A stretch of 64,000 nucleotides of DNA from Candidatus Limnocylindrus sp. (GCA_040397235.1 JBBAWH010000001.1:243640-307639), one strand, 5' to 3'; numbered from the stretch's first letter, positions 19,863 through 30,122 are shown. Notes: generated from the sequence alone by a model not told the origin. Made by a program: numbers and translations.

Positions 19863-22800
19863 TCAGGTTGCGGGGGAGATCAGCTCCAATTCGATCCCAT
19901 CGCCGCCCACGCGGTCGCGCAGGATCGCGGGAAGGCCCGCATCCCATGCGACACCGTTGCGCTGCTCCATCGGCAAGAGTTGGGCGCCACCCCCCTGCGG
20001 GATATGCACCACCACACGGGTCGCCCCTGGTCGCGCACGGAGCTCCCCCTTCACGATCTCCATGGCGCGAATCGTCTCCTCAACGGACTGGCGCGCCTTG
20101 AACTTGATATGCAGCACCGCGCCTGCGGGAATCTCTGCCGGATCAGGATTTGACATGGCCCCTGCGAGCGGCTCTGCAGGTGGCGCCTCGACCGCGACTG
20201 ACGCATCAAATTCGGCGGGTGCGCGCTCCGGCATGAGTGGTGCGCCCGCCTCCATCCCCTCAGGGACCATGCCCGCCGGAATCCCGCCGTTTGGGAGCGG
20301 CGCAACAAAGCGCTTTGCGAAGCGTCGCCCCCCGCTCGAAACGGTGAGCTTGGAGCGGACTGCATCGGCGCTGAGGCGCGTCGCCTCCTCCCACGGAACG
20401 ACGGACTCAACGAGCAGCGACCACTCCTCACCGCGCTGCTCGGTGCGACCGGCGATGAGAATCCCCTCGCCCTCGATCCAGGAGCTCTTCGTCGACTCCC
20501 ACACCTGCGGGAAGGCCACGACCTCCATGCTCCCCGTGAGATCTTCCACGGTGATGATCGCCATTGCGGCACCCTTCTTCGTCACCATCTGCCGAATGCT
20601 CAAGACGATGGCGCCGAGTGTCGCCGTCTCATCGCGGAACGACTCATCGCTAAAGTCGCCAACAAAGGTGCCCACATACGGCTGCATCGCTGGCGCAAGA
20701 GCATTCATTGGGTGATCACTGAGATAGACGCCCATCAGCTCGCGCTCCCAGCGCAGCCGTTCGCGCGTCGAGGCCTCTGTGACGTGTGGGAGTGCGGGGA
20801 TCCCCGCCCCAGCGAGCTCAGGCATCGCATCGAAGAGACCGACCTGCCCAGCCGCACGCTCGCGCTGCGCACTGGAGCCGCCGGAGATCGCGTCGTCAAG
20901 GGCGAGCAGGATCTGCGCTGGATGGCCGAAGCGGCGGAGCGCTCCAACCTTCGCCAGTGCCTCAAGGACGCGCTTGTTCGCAAGGCGCAGGTCAATGCGT
21001 TCGCAGAACTCCTGCAGCGAGGCCGCCTGCTCCCCCACTTCGCGCGCCGCAACGATCGACTCGGCGGCAGTAGCGCCGACATTCTTGACCCCTAAGAGGC
21101 CGAAGCGGATCGCCTCTCCCTCTGGCTCAAAGTCAAGATTTGAGAAGTCAACGTCTGGGGGGAGCACTGGGATGCCAAGGCGGCGGCACTCGGCAATTGC
21201 TGCGGCGACCTTCTCCTCCTTGCTGCGGAAGGCATTCAGCACGCTGGTCATGTACTCCACGGTGTAGTTCGCCTTGAGGTACGCGGTTTGGTAGGCGATC
21301 AGGCCGTAGCAGGTCGCATGGGCCTTGTTGAATCCGTAGTTTGCGAACGGCTCAAATGCCTCGAATACCTTTTCGATTGTGGCGCGTGCGACCCCCCGCT
21401 CGGCGGCGCTCGTGATGAACTCTTGCTTCAAGCCCGCAAGGACATCCTCTTTCTTCTTGCGCACCGCGTATCCCAGCGTGTCCGCCTTCGGGCCCGAGAA
21501 GCCACCGAGCGCAGAGGCCGCGGCCATGATGTCCTCCTGGTAGACGAAGACGCCGTACGTTCGCTTGAGGAACGGCTCAAGGAGGGGGTGCAGATACGTC
21601 ACCGCCTCCTGGCCGTGCTTGCGGCGGATGTAGGTCGGAATGTTCGCCATTGGCCCGGGCCGATAGAGCGCGACCATGGCGGCTAGGTCGTAGACGCTCG
21701 TCGGGCGCAACTCCTTGATATAGCGGCGCATGCCGGGCGACTCGAGCTGGAAGATTCCGGTCGTCTCGCCTGAGGCGAGGAGAGCGAACGTCTTCGCGTC
21801 ATCCAACGGAATCTTGTCGAGATCAATCTCAATGCCGCGGGTCTCTCGAATACGATCCACCGCCGTGCGGAGGATCGTGAGGTTCGCTAGGCCGAGGAAG
21901 TCGAACTTCAACAGGCCGAGCGCCTCTACGCCGTGCATCTCGATCTGGGTCATGACCCCCTCGGAGTTCGTCGCGCGCTGGAGCGCCATGATCTCGGTAA
22001 GGGGCTCGCGGCTGATCACCACGCCGGCGGCGTGCGTTGAGGCGTTCCGCACCACCCCCTCTAGTTGCTCAGCGAGACCGATGAGCTGGCTGTACTCCGT
22101 GCCATCGGCGTAGGCTGCAAATTCTGGGGACTTTCGCGCCTGGGCAAGGCTGATGTTGACGAGGGCTGGCACCGATTTCGCAATACGGTCAACCTCGCTG
22201 TAGCTCTTCCCAAGCACGCGACCCACGTCGCGGATCGAGGCGCGCGCCGCCATCGTGCCGAAGGTGATGATCTGGGCGACACGGTCTTCCCCGTACTTTT
22301 GCGAGACGTAGCGAATCACCTCGTCACGGCGACCATCTTCAAAGTCGATGTCAATATCGGGCATGGTCACGCGGTCCTCGTTCAGGAATCGCTCGAACGG
22401 AAGCTCGTAGTGCAGCGGATCTACGGGCGTGATGCCGAGCGCGTAGGTCACGATCGACCCAGGCGCACTGCCTCGGCAGGTGGTGGCAATCCCCTGCTCT
22501 CGAGCGAAGCGCACGAAGTCGGCCACGATAAGGAAATAGGCGGCGTACCCCATTTTGATGATCACGTTGAGTTCGTACTCGAGCCGCGTACGTGCGGTGT
22601 CGCTCGGCGTGCCGAATCGACGGACGAGCCCACGCTCGGCCTCCTTGGTAAGCCAGGTCTCGACGCTCTCGCCCTCTGGCACCTCGATGTCTGGAACGCG
22701 CGTTGTGCCGAGTTCTAGGCTGAAGTCCACCATCTCGGCGATGAGCCGCGTGTTCTTGAGCAGCTCCGGGCGATCAGGGAAGAGGGCCGCCATCTGCTCT

Positions 22801-23552
22801 GAAGACTTGAGGTAGAAGTCGCCAGAACCAAACTTCATGCGACCCGGTGTCTCAAGGTTGCTCGCCGTGCCGATGCAGAGGAGCACGTCGTGCGCATCAC
22901 GCTGGTCGGCGCGGACGTAGTGCAGGTCGTTCGTCAACACGAGCGGCAGACCCACTTCGGGGGCGAGACGGAAGAGCTGCTCGTTCAGGCGACGCTGCTC
23001 GGGGAGTCCGTGATCTTGCACCTCAAGGAAGAAGCGCCCCTTCCCAAAGATTTCGCCGTACTTCCCAGCGAGCGCGCGCGCGTGCTCCCAGTCATCAACC
23101 TCCAGCGCGCGTGCGATCTCGCCGTTCAAGCAGCCCGAGAGTCCGACGAGGCCCTCGGCGTGCCGCGCAAGATGGTCGTGGTCGGTACGCGGCTTGTAGT
23201 AGAGCCCATCGAGATGTGCGTCGGTCACGATCCGGCAGAGGTTGCGATAGCCCGTTGCGCTCGTCGCGAGGGCAATGAGGTGGAACGGCTGCTGATCGGC
23301 CTTCCCCTCCTTGTCGCGCATCCCACGGCGAGCGACGTACGTCTCAACGCCGATGATCGGCTTAATCCCGTGCTTCTTCGCCGCCTGGACGAACTGGACC
23401 GAGCCGTAGAGGGCGCCGTGGTCGGTGAGGGCGATGGAGTCCATCCCGAGGCGCTTCGTCTCCTCCATCAGCGCCTCCAGGTTGCTCATGCCATCGAGCA
23501 GGCTGAACTCGCTGTGGACGTGAAGGTGCGTGAAATTAGTCTTGGCGCTCAC
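19863..23552 (-). CDS. dnaE: DNA polymerase III alpha subunit
   Basis: 1229 aa with an N-terminal PHP domain (HLHVHSEFSLLDGM), polymerase core, HhH and OB fold. It carries an unusually long Ala/Pro/Gly-rich C-terminal tail. Confidence 0.95.
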   Translation of the reverse strand: MSAKTNFTHLHVHSEFSLLDGMSNLEALMEETKRLGMDSIALTDHGALYGSVQFVQAAKKHGIKPIIGVETYVARRGMRDKEGKADQQPFHLIALATSATGYRNLCRIVTDAHLDGLYYKPRTDHDHLARHAEGLVGLSGCLNGEIARALEVDDWEHARALAGKYGEIFGKGRFFLEVQDHGLPEQRRLNEQLFRLAPEVGLPLVLTNDLHYVRADQRDAHDVLLCIGTASNLETPGRMKFGSGDFYLKSSEQMAALFPDRPELLKNTRLIAEMVDFSLELGTTRVPDIEVPEGESVETWLTKEAERGLVRRFGTPSDTARTRLEYELNVIIKMGYAAYFLIVADFVRFAREQGIATTCRGSAPGSIVTYALGITPVDPLHYELPFERFLNEDRVTMPDIDIDFEDGRRDEVIRYVSQKYGEDRVAQIITFGTMAARASIRDVGRVLGKSYSEVDRIAKSVPALVNISLAQARKSPEFAAYADGTEYSQLIGLAEQLEGVVRNASTHAAGVVISREPLTEIMALQRATNSEGVMTQIEMHGVEALGLLKFDFLGLANLTILRTAVDRIRETRGIEIDLDKIPLDDAKTFALLASGETTGIFQLESPGMRRYIKELRPTSVYDLAAMVALYRPGPMANIPTYIRRKHGQEAVTYLHPLLEPFLKRTYGVFVYQEDIMAAASALGGFSGPKADTLGYAVRKKKEDVLAGLKQEFITSAAERGVARATIEKVFEAFEPFANYGFNKAHATCYGLIAYQTAYLKANYTVEYMTSVLNAFRSKEEKVAAAIAECRRLGIPVLPPDVDFSNLDFEPEGEAIRFGLLGVKNVGATAAESIVAAREVGEQAASLQEFCERIDLRLANKRVLEALAKVGALRRFGHPAQILLALDDAISGGSSAQRERAAGQVGLFDAMPELAGAGIPALPHVTEASTRERLRWERELMGVYLSDHPMNALAPAMQPYVGTFVGDFSDESFRDETATLGAIVLSIRQMVTKKGAAMAIITVEDLTGSMEVVAFPQVWESTKSSWIEGEGILIAGRTEQRGEEWSLLVESVVPWEEATRLSADAVRSKLTVSSGGRRFAKRFVAPLPNGGIPAGMVPEGMEAGAPLMPERAPAEFDASVAVEAPPAEPLAGAMSNPDPAEIPAGAVLHIKFKARQSVEETIRAMEIVKGELRARPGATRVVVHIPQGGGAQLLPMEQRNGVAWDAGLPAILRDRVGGDGIELELISPAT

Positions 23553-23587
23553 GAGTGGCAGTCTAGCGATCGGCGTACCATCCCCCT

Positions 23588-24118
23588 ATGGATGAGCAGG
23601 AACGCGCACGACTACGGGCAGCCATAGAGGCCGCCGAAGGGGGCGCCCCCGATCCCGCCGCAGCAGACGCGCTCATGCGCCGCATGCTGACGGAGAGTCG
23701 CACCATTGCGGTCGTCGGCGCCTCCCCGCGCCCGGACCGCCCCTCGCACGGCGTCCTGCGCACACTCGCCGCAGCTGGCTGGCAGATCCTCCCGATCAAC
23801 CCCATGCCCGAAGCGCTGCGCGACGGGGTGGCGGGCCTCCCCTGCTACCCAACACTCCGTGCCGCTGCCGCCTCACTTCCAGCTGGCGAGCGGATCGATC
23901 TCGTTGATGTCTTTCGGCGCTCCGAAGAGTGCGAGGAGGTTGCACGCGAGGCCGTCGCGATTGGCGCTCGCGGACTCTGGCTGCAGCTTGGGGTGATTAG
24001 CCCCGCTGCCGCATTGGTCGCCGCCGAAGCATCCATCCCTTTCGTACAGGATCGCTGTCCCGCCATTGAGATTCCGCGCCTGGGCATCTCTGGACCAAAC
24101 CCCCAAGTCACAGCATGA
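23588..24118 (+). CDS. CoA-binding domain protein (YccU-like)
   Basis: 176-aa ORF with the Rossmann-like IAVVGASPRPDRPSHGV signature of small CoA-binding proteins. There is no Shine-Dalgarno sequence, and the stop overlaps the next start (ATGA). Confidence 0.7.
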   Translation: MDEQERARLRAAIEAAEGGAPDPAAADALMRRMLTESRTIAVVGASPRPDRPSHGVLRTLAAAGWQILPINPMPEALRDGVAGLPCYPTLRAAAASLPAGERIDLVDVFRRSEECEEVAREAVAIGARGLWLQLGVISPAAALVAAEASIPFVQDRCPAIEIPRLGISGPNPQVTA

Positions 24119-24861
24119 CCACCAACTGGCTAGCACGCCTCCCTGCAGAGACGGCAGACCGGTTGTCGGCGATCTGGATCCCCGTCGGGCTGCCTGGCTT
24201 CTCTGGTGCCGAGAAGGCGCGCTGGAACGCGCTCCTTAGCGAACGCTTCGGCGCCGATGGCTGGCGGATCTCCCACGTCGTGCGCGGAAAGATCGTGCCA
24301 CGAGCTGTAGCAATCCTTGAATACGAAGAGGCATACCGGCGCTACCTGCGCGACCGTCCTGAGTTGGTGAGCTTCTTGGTAGAGGCCTGCGCAAACGTGT
24401 ACGACGACAACCCGACCAACGTCTACGACAACGACTACGAGCAGCCGCACACGGCGATGAACCACTACCAAGACATCTCCGTACGCCGCGTCATTGCCGA
24501 GCTCGTCGACGATCCAGCCTGGCCAACGGTCACGGCAACACCAGATGAGACCGTAGAACTTCTCGATTTTGGCACCGGTGAGCGCGTCACCACACCGCGC
24601 GCGAGCGGCTTCAGGGGCGATGGGCTGCTACAGATTCGCGATCCCCTCTCCCCTGGATACCTGCTCAGCCCAGCGGTCGTGCCGGCGCATGATCCGGCGC
24701 TGATCACCACGAACCCAGGGCGACGTGAGTGGTATCACGAAGAGGGGTGTGGCCATCTCTCCATCGAAACGTTCTGGCAGTCAAGCAAAGTTGTGGAGGT
24801 GCGTCTGGATCGGTTCCTCGCGTCGGGTGATGCCCGATCCATGCCGCTTGCGGGGCTGTGA
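24115..24861 (+). CDS. Hypothetical protein (248 aa), no recognisable family
   Basis: Translationally coupled at both ends (ATGA upstream, GTGA downstream). Good coding character. It has an acidic Asp/Tyr/Asn-rich segment (VYDDNPTNVYDNDYEQPH) and a WYHEEGCGH motif, with no TM and no signal peptide. Confidence 0.6.
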   Translation: MTTNWLARLPAETADRLSAIWIPVGLPGFSGAEKARWNALLSERFGADGWRISHVVRGKIVPRAVAILEYEEAYRRYLRDRPELVSFLVEACANVYDDNPTNVYDNDYEQPHTAMNHYQDISVRRVIAELVDDPAWPTVTATPDETVELLDFGTGERVTTPRASGFRGDGLLQIRDPLSPGYLLSPAVVPAHDPALITTNPGRREWYHEEGCGHLSIETFWQSSKVVEVRLDRFLASGDARSMPLAGL

Positions 24862-25694
24862 GTAGCGTCTTCTTCGGCACCGTGAGCCGCGATCGATATC
24901 TGGAGAGCGGCCGCACCCTACCTGGCGGCGGTGTCTTAAACATGGCGTACCACTGGGCCGCTGCCGGCAAAGAGTTCCTCCTCCAGACGCGGATCGGCTC
25001 GAGCGACCAGGATCTATTCGTGGAGTTCCTTCAGCGCAATCGGATTCCACATCTCCCTGCATCGCTCGTCGTGCCCGGAGAGAGCTCCTCTATCGATGTC
25101 CGTATCGGAGCAGACCGCCAACCGCAGATGGACAACTACGTCGATGGCGTGTGGAAGGTGGTGCACTGCACTGCAGAAGAGCTCGCCGCACTTGCTACCG
25201 CAACGCATTGGCATACCGTCCTCGTGGAAGGAGCGATCGCAGAGCTGGAGCGACTCTCGGCATCTGGACACCTTGAGCATGTGATGGTCAGTGCAGATTT
25301 CCTTGGGTTTCGCCATTACACGCCAGAGCGGCTCCGCGACACGCTCGCGCACATTGATCTCGCCTTCATCGGCTGGCCCGGCGCGCGAGATGATGCGTCA
25401 CTCGCGGAGGTTCGTCGCTTCGTTCTCGACGCTCAGAAGGTGGCCGTCGTAACCCTTGGGGCGCAGGGGGTTCTGGTCGTTGACGGTGGGAGCCAATCGG
25501 AGACGTTCTACCCAACCGTGGCGGTCCCCGTGGCGGGGAGCACCATTGGGTGTGGGGATGCCTTTATCGCAGCGTTCTTGATGGCGCACCAGGCTGGCGC
25601 CTCCTTGAGTGATTCCGTCGCTGCCGGGCAATCGGCGGGAGCTACCGCGACGGCGTGGAGTCTCCCCCTCCCTGACGCAGCGTACGCAGACTAG
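24858..25694 (+). CDS. PfkB/ribokinase-family carbohydrate or nucleoside kinase
   Basis: 278 aa. The C-terminal anion-hole motif TIGCGDAFIAAF (the DTxGAGD equivalent) and overall ribokinase-fold pattern are present. The GTG start overlaps the preceding stop. Confidence 0.8.
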   Translation: MSSVFFGTVSRDRYLESGRTLPGGGVLNMAYHWAAAGKEFLLQTRIGSSDQDLFVEFLQRNRIPHLPASLVVPGESSSIDVRIGADRQPQMDNYVDGVWKVVHCTAEELAALATATHWHTVLVEGAIAELERLSASGHLEHVMVSADFLGFRHYTPERLRDTLAHIDLAFIGWPGARDDASLAEVRRFVLDAQKVAVVTLGAQGVLVVDGGSQSETFYPTVAVPVAGSTIGCGDAFIAAFLMAHQAGASLSDSVAAGQSAGATATAWSLPLPDAAYAD

Positions 25695-25963
25695 GTCAGC
25701 AGGGCGAGCAAGATTCCTGCGGCCGCTGCAAGGCCAACGCCCGCCAAGCGGCGCAATCGATTGGCGATGAGCTCACCCTCGAGACGATCGACAAGGTCGG
25801 GGCCACTCCCCGGGGTGCCGCGCCACGCCTCATAGCGAGTCGCTGCACCGACGCGGCTTGCCCACTCCGTTCGCGCTCGAAGGAGCGGTGGGAGCCGGAG
25901 TGCAAGGTAGACGAACCCGGCGATGCCGAGACCGCCAACGAAGAGTCGAACCAGGTCGAGCAC
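25691..25963 (-). CDS. Hypothetical small membrane protein (90 aa, two TM helices)
   Basis: The GTG start immediately follows the gatB stop (TAA-GTG). It has two hydrophobic helices and GC3 around 70%. Its stop overlaps the PfkB stop at a CTAG. Confidence 0.4.
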   Translation of the reverse strand: MLDLVRLFVGGLGIAGFVYLALRLPPLLRARTEWASRVGAATRYEAWRGTPGSGPDLVDRLEGELIANRLRRLAGVGLAAAAGILLALLT

Positions 25964-27397
25964 TTAGGCGTCGAGCAGAGTCTTGAAGACGGCGCCAAGT
26001 TGGGCAGCGTCGCCACGCCCCTTGCTCGCCTTCATCGCCTGGCCAACCAAGAAGCCGATCGCCTGCTGCTTCCCCGCCTTCCAGTCGGCGAGCGCCTGTG
26101 GGTTCGCAGCGAGCACCTCGCTAGCAAGTTTCTTCAGGGCGCCGTCGTCACTAATCTGCCCAAGCCCGCGCTCAGCGATCGCCGCGCGCACATCGAAGCT
26201 GCCGCCCAAGAGCTCGGCGAAGAGTTCTTTCCCTATGGTGCCATTGATCTCCTTGCGAAAGACCGCGCCAATCAGCGCGGCGAATTGCACCGGATCCGGC
26301 TCCGCAGCCCCCTCATTTGCCGCTCGGAGATACTCGCCTGTCACCCAGTTGGCGAGCGTCTTCGCATCAATCGTTGCATCTGCAGCGCGTGACGCCTCAA
26401 AGAGCGCCGCAGCACGAGGCTCACCGACCAAGACAGCGGCATCGTATTCGGAGAGCCCGAGCTGTTCCACATAGCGTGCTCGGCGCGCCGAAGGGACCTC
26501 GGGGATGCTCGCAACGATGCCCGCCAACCAGGCTGGATCAATGGCGAGTGGCGGCAGGTCAGGCTCTGGGAAGTAGCGGTAGTCGTGCGAGTTCTCTTTT
26601 GCGCGCATCGTGTAGGTGCTCTCGCTCGACTCATCCCAGCCGCGTGTCTCTTGCGTGATCGTTCCACCCGATTCAAGGACTTCGGTCTGCCGTGCAATCT
26701 CAAAGGCGATCGCCTTCTCCACCGAGCGGAAGGAGTTCATGTTCTTTACTTCGGTGCGCGTACCAAACGGTGCATCCTCGCTTGGACGGATCGAGACATT
26801 TGCCTCGACGCGCATCTGCCCGTTCTCCATCTCGGCGTCGGCTGCACCGATCGTGCGCAGCAGGAGTCGGAGCTCTTCGGCGTAGCGGCGGGCCGTCTCA
26901 GCGTCGCGAATGTCGGGTTCGGTCACGATCTCAAGGAGCGCGACGCCCGAACGGTTGTAGTCGATCAGGCTGGAGCGCTTCCCGTCACCCCCCTTCTCGT
27001 GGCGAAGGCGAGCCGTATCCTCCTCGAGGTGGGCGCGGCGAATGCGCACGCGACTGGTTCCGGCGCTGGTTGTTACCTCAATGGTTCCATGCTCGGCGAG
27101 TGGGAAGTCGAGCTGGCTGATCTGATACCCCTTCGGTAGGTCTGGGTAGAAGTAGTTCTTGCGATCCCAAATCGTGGTGGCCGGCGCGGCGGCACCGATC
27201 GCAGCACCAACGGCGAGGACTTTCTCAATCGCGGCTCGGTTCGGCACTGGGAGTGCGCCAGGGAGGCCGAGGCAGGTTGGGCAGGTCTTGCTGTTCGGGA
27301 GGTCACCCTCGGCCGCAATGGCGCAGGGGCAGAACATCTTTGTGACGGTGCGTAGCTGTACGTGCACCTCAATGCCGATCACCGCATGCCAGGTCAT
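25964..27397 (-). CDS. gatB: Asp-tRNA(Asn)/Glu-tRNA(Gln) amidotransferase subunit B
   Basis: 477 aa. The N-terminus MTWHAVIGIEVHVQL and the GatB/YqeY C-terminal domain are recognisable. Confidence 0.95.
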   Translation of the reverse strand: MTWHAVIGIEVHVQLRTVTKMFCPCAIAAEGDLPNSKTCPTCLGLPGALPVPNRAAIEKVLAVGAAIGAAAPATTIWDRKNYFYPDLPKGYQISQLDFPLAEHGTIEVTTSAGTSRVRIRRAHLEEDTARLRHEKGGDGKRSSLIDYNRSGVALLEIVTEPDIRDAETARRYAEELRLLLRTIGAADAEMENGQMRVEANVSIRPSEDAPFGTRTEVKNMNSFRSVEKAIAFEIARQTEVLESGGTITQETRGWDESSESTYTMRAKENSHDYRYFPEPDLPPLAIDPAWLAGIVASIPEVPSARRARYVEQLGLSEYDAAVLVGEPRAAALFEASRAADATIDAKTLANWVTGEYLRAANEGAAEPDPVQFAALIGAVFRKEINGTIGKELFAELLGGSFDVRAAIAERGLGQISDDGALKKLASEVLAANPQALADWKAGKQQAIGFLVGQAMKASKGRGDAAQLGAVFKTLLDA

Positions 27398-28578
27398 GCC
27401 GCCACCTCGCGCGCCTTGGCAACGAATCGGCCGATGCGCACCAACGCCTCGCGGAGGTTCTCTTCCGAGGTGGCGTAGCAGATACGCACATGCCCGACGC
27501 CGCTCGTACCGAACGAGGATCCCGGAATCACCGCGACACGCTCTTCGGTGAGGAGGCCCTCAGCGAACTGCTCGTCGGTGAGACCGGTTGAGCGAATGTC
27601 GGGGAAGGCGTAGAAGGCGCCCTGTGGCGCACCGGTTGGTAGTTTGAGTGCGGCGAGGCCATCCAGCACAATGGTGCGACGTCGCGCGTAGGCGGCGCGC
27701 ATCTCCTCGAGCGCCGGCTCGCCGTTCGTGAGCGCTTCAAGGGCTGCATCTTGCGCGATCGTTGGGGCGCTCATGATCGTGTACTGGTGAATCTTGACCA
27801 GGCCCGCAACGATCTCCTTCGGGGCGCAGAGGAAGCCGACGCGCCACCCCGTCATGGCGTACGACTTCGAGAAGCCGCCGATCAGGATGGTGCGCTCACG
27901 CATCCCCGGATAGGCCGACATTGCGCGGTGCGCCGGTCCCTCATAGACGAGTCGGTCATAGATCTCGTCGCTAATCACCACCAGGTCCCGTGCCACGGAG
28001 ATCTTGGCGAGCGCCTCGCGGGTCGGCTCGTCGAGGGTTGCCCCCGTTGGATTCGCCGGATAGCCGAGGAAGAGCGCCTTGGCGCCGGTCGCCGCGGCAT
28101 CAACGGCCTCAGCATGGAGGCGCCAGTTGTCGCTGCCGCTCGTCGCCACCGGTACGGCGGTTCCACCCGCAAAGACGATCGCTGGGAGGTAGGCGACATA
28201 CGACGGCTCTGGCAGCACGATGCGATCGCCCGTACCGACGATGCCGCGTACGGCGAGGTCAACCGCCTCAGAGGCACCGACCGTGATGATGATTTCGCTC
28301 TCTGGATCGTAGGTGACCCCCGAGCGCTCCTGAATCTTCGCGGCAATGGCGCGGCGAAGCTCAATGGTTCCGTAGTTTGAGGTGTAGTGGGTGCGACCAG
28401 CACGTAGGCTCGTCACCGCCGCCTCAACGATGTGTGCAGGAGTGTCGAAGTCGGGCTCCCCCACGCCGAGGCTGATCACGTCGCTCATCGTTGCGGCGAT
28501 GTCGAAGAAGCGTCGGATGCCAGAGGGCGGCACCGCGTGGACGCGGTCAGCGAGTGCGCGCTTTGCGAAGTCGCTCAC
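27394..28578 (-). CDS. Class I pyridoxal-phosphate aminotransferase (aspartate aminotransferase-like)
   Basis: 394 aa with VPPSGIRRF..., GYPANPTG, and the PLP-lysine region GFSKSYAMTGWRVG. It is embedded between gatA and gatB with 4-nt overlaps on both sides. Confidence 0.9.
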   Translation of the reverse strand: MSDFAKRALADRVHAVPPSGIRRFFDIAATMSDVISLGVGEPDFDTPAHIVEAAVTSLRAGRTHYTSNYGTIELRRAIAAKIQERSGVTYDPESEIIITVGASEAVDLAVRGIVGTGDRIVLPEPSYVAYLPAIVFAGGTAVPVATSGSDNWRLHAEAVDAAATGAKALFLGYPANPTGATLDEPTREALAKISVARDLVVISDEIYDRLVYEGPAHRAMSAYPGMRERTILIGGFSKSYAMTGWRVGFLCAPKEIVAGLVKIHQYTIMSAPTIAQDAALEALTNGEPALEEMRAAYARRRTIVLDGLAALKLPTGAPQGAFYAFPDIRSTGLTDEQFAEGLLTEERVAVIPGSSFGTSGVGHVRICYATSEENLREALVRIGRFVAKAREVAA

Positions 28579-30122
28579 GCCGCACCTCCACCGAGCTTGG
28601 TCAGATCATGCGGCGCCACCGTGCGCCATGCTGCGGTTGCCGTGAGCGCCTCGTAGCCCGCGGAGATACTGAGCAGTTCGGCTTCAGACCATGGCTTGCC
28701 GATCAGCTGCAGACCCACAGGGAGGTTCTCAGAGAGGCCGCACGGAATGCTCACCCCTGGGAGGCCCGCCATGTTTGCCGGAAGCGTGCAGGCATCGGCG
28801 AGATACATGGAGACCGGATCGCTCATCTTTGCGCCGAACTTCCAGGCCACTTGTGGACTCGTAGGTGCAACGATGGCGTCGAAGCCCGCCGCCCAGATGC
28901 GATCAAAGTCGCGCGCGATCAGGGTGCGGACCTTCTGTGCCTTCACGTAATAGGCGTCGTAGTAGCCCGCGGAGAGTGCGTAGGTGCCGAGCATGATGCG
29001 TCGGCGCACCTCAGGGCCGAAGCCGCGACCGCGCGTCTCTAGGTAGCCGTTCAAGAGGTCACCGCCGCCGTGCTTTGATGCGCCGTAGCGAACTCCGTCG
29101 TAGCGAGCGAGGTTGGCCGACGCCTCTGCTGGCGCAACGATGTAGTAGGTCGCGAGCGCATGCTCAGTGGTTGGGAGGCTCACCTCTTCCACGATCCCGC
29201 CCGCAGCTTCAAGCGTCGCAACCGCATCACGAACGGCACGCTCAACTCCAGCCTCCATGCCGGCGACAAAGTACTCCTTCGGCAGGGCGAATCGCTTGCC
29301 GCGAATGGCAGATGCGGCGGCATCACCGCTCGGGAGGTTGAGCAGCACCGCATCGAGAGGACTGCGTGAACTTGTGGCGTCGTGCGCATCGGCGCCAGCA
29401 ATCGTGTGCAGCAGCAGTGCTGCATCCTGCGCCGTGCGCGCAAATGGCCCAACCTGATCGAGCGATGATGCAAACGCGACGATGCCGTAGCGCGAGACGC
29501 GGCCGTAGGTCGGCTTCATGCCGACGATGCCGGTGAGGCTCGCAGGCTGACGAATGGAGCCACCCGTATCGGTGCCGATGGAGAGCGGGGCGTGGAACGC
29601 CGCAACAGCGGCGGAGGATCCGCCCGACGAACCACCAGGGACGCGGTCGACCGCCCACGGGTTCACCGTCTTCTTGTATGCGGAGAACTCTGTCGATGAG
29701 CCCATGGCGAATTCGTCCATGTTGGTCTTCCCAAGAATCACCGCACCGGCCTCTCTCAAACGCGCAGCAATGGTGGCGTCGTATGGGCTGATGTATCCCT
29801 CGAGGATTCGTGAGCCCGCAGTTGTGGGGGTTCCGGTGAGGTTGACGAGGTCCTTCAGCGCAACGGGGACGCCGAGGAGTGGCGGGAGCGCGTTGAGCGC
29901 CGCGGCACCAGCGGCACGTGCGGTCGCGTAGCGCGCATCGGCGCGGTCGGCCTCAGCACGCGCCTCCTCGTGTCGAAGGTGCAGCCATGCGCCAAGGACA
30001 CCATCTTCTCGATCAATAGCGGCAAAGAGCTCATCGGTGACGGCGCATGAGGTTGCGGCGCCCGATTGGAATGCGGCGCGCAGCTCGGTCGCGGTTGCGC
30101 GGCGTAGGCTCTCCCCGCTCAT
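28575..30122 (-). CDS. gatA: Glutamyl-tRNA(Gln)/Asp-tRNA(Asn) amidotransferase subunit A
   Basis: 515 aa with the amidase signature GGSSGGSSAAVAA and the Ser-cisSer-Lys region. Confidence 0.95.
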   Translation of the reverse strand: MSGESLRRATATELRAAFQSGAATSCAVTDELFAAIDREDGVLGAWLHLRHEEARAEADRADARYATARAAGAAALNALPPLLGVPVALKDLVNLTGTPTTAGSRILEGYISPYDATIAARLREAGAVILGKTNMDEFAMGSSTEFSAYKKTVNPWAVDRVPGGSSGGSSAAVAAFHAPLSIGTDTGGSIRQPASLTGIVGMKPTYGRVSRYGIVAFASSLDQVGPFARTAQDAALLLHTIAGADAHDATSSRSPLDAVLLNLPSGDAAASAIRGKRFALPKEYFVAGMEAGVERAVRDAVATLEAAGGIVEEVSLPTTEHALATYYIVAPAEASANLARYDGVRYGASKHGGGDLLNGYLETRGRGFGPEVRRRIMLGTYALSAGYYDAYYVKAQKVRTLIARDFDRIWAAGFDAIVAPTSPQVAWKFGAKMSDPVSMYLADACTLPANMAGLPGVSIPCGLSENLPVGLQLIGKPWSEAELLSISAGYEALTATAAWRTVAPHDLTKLGGGAA

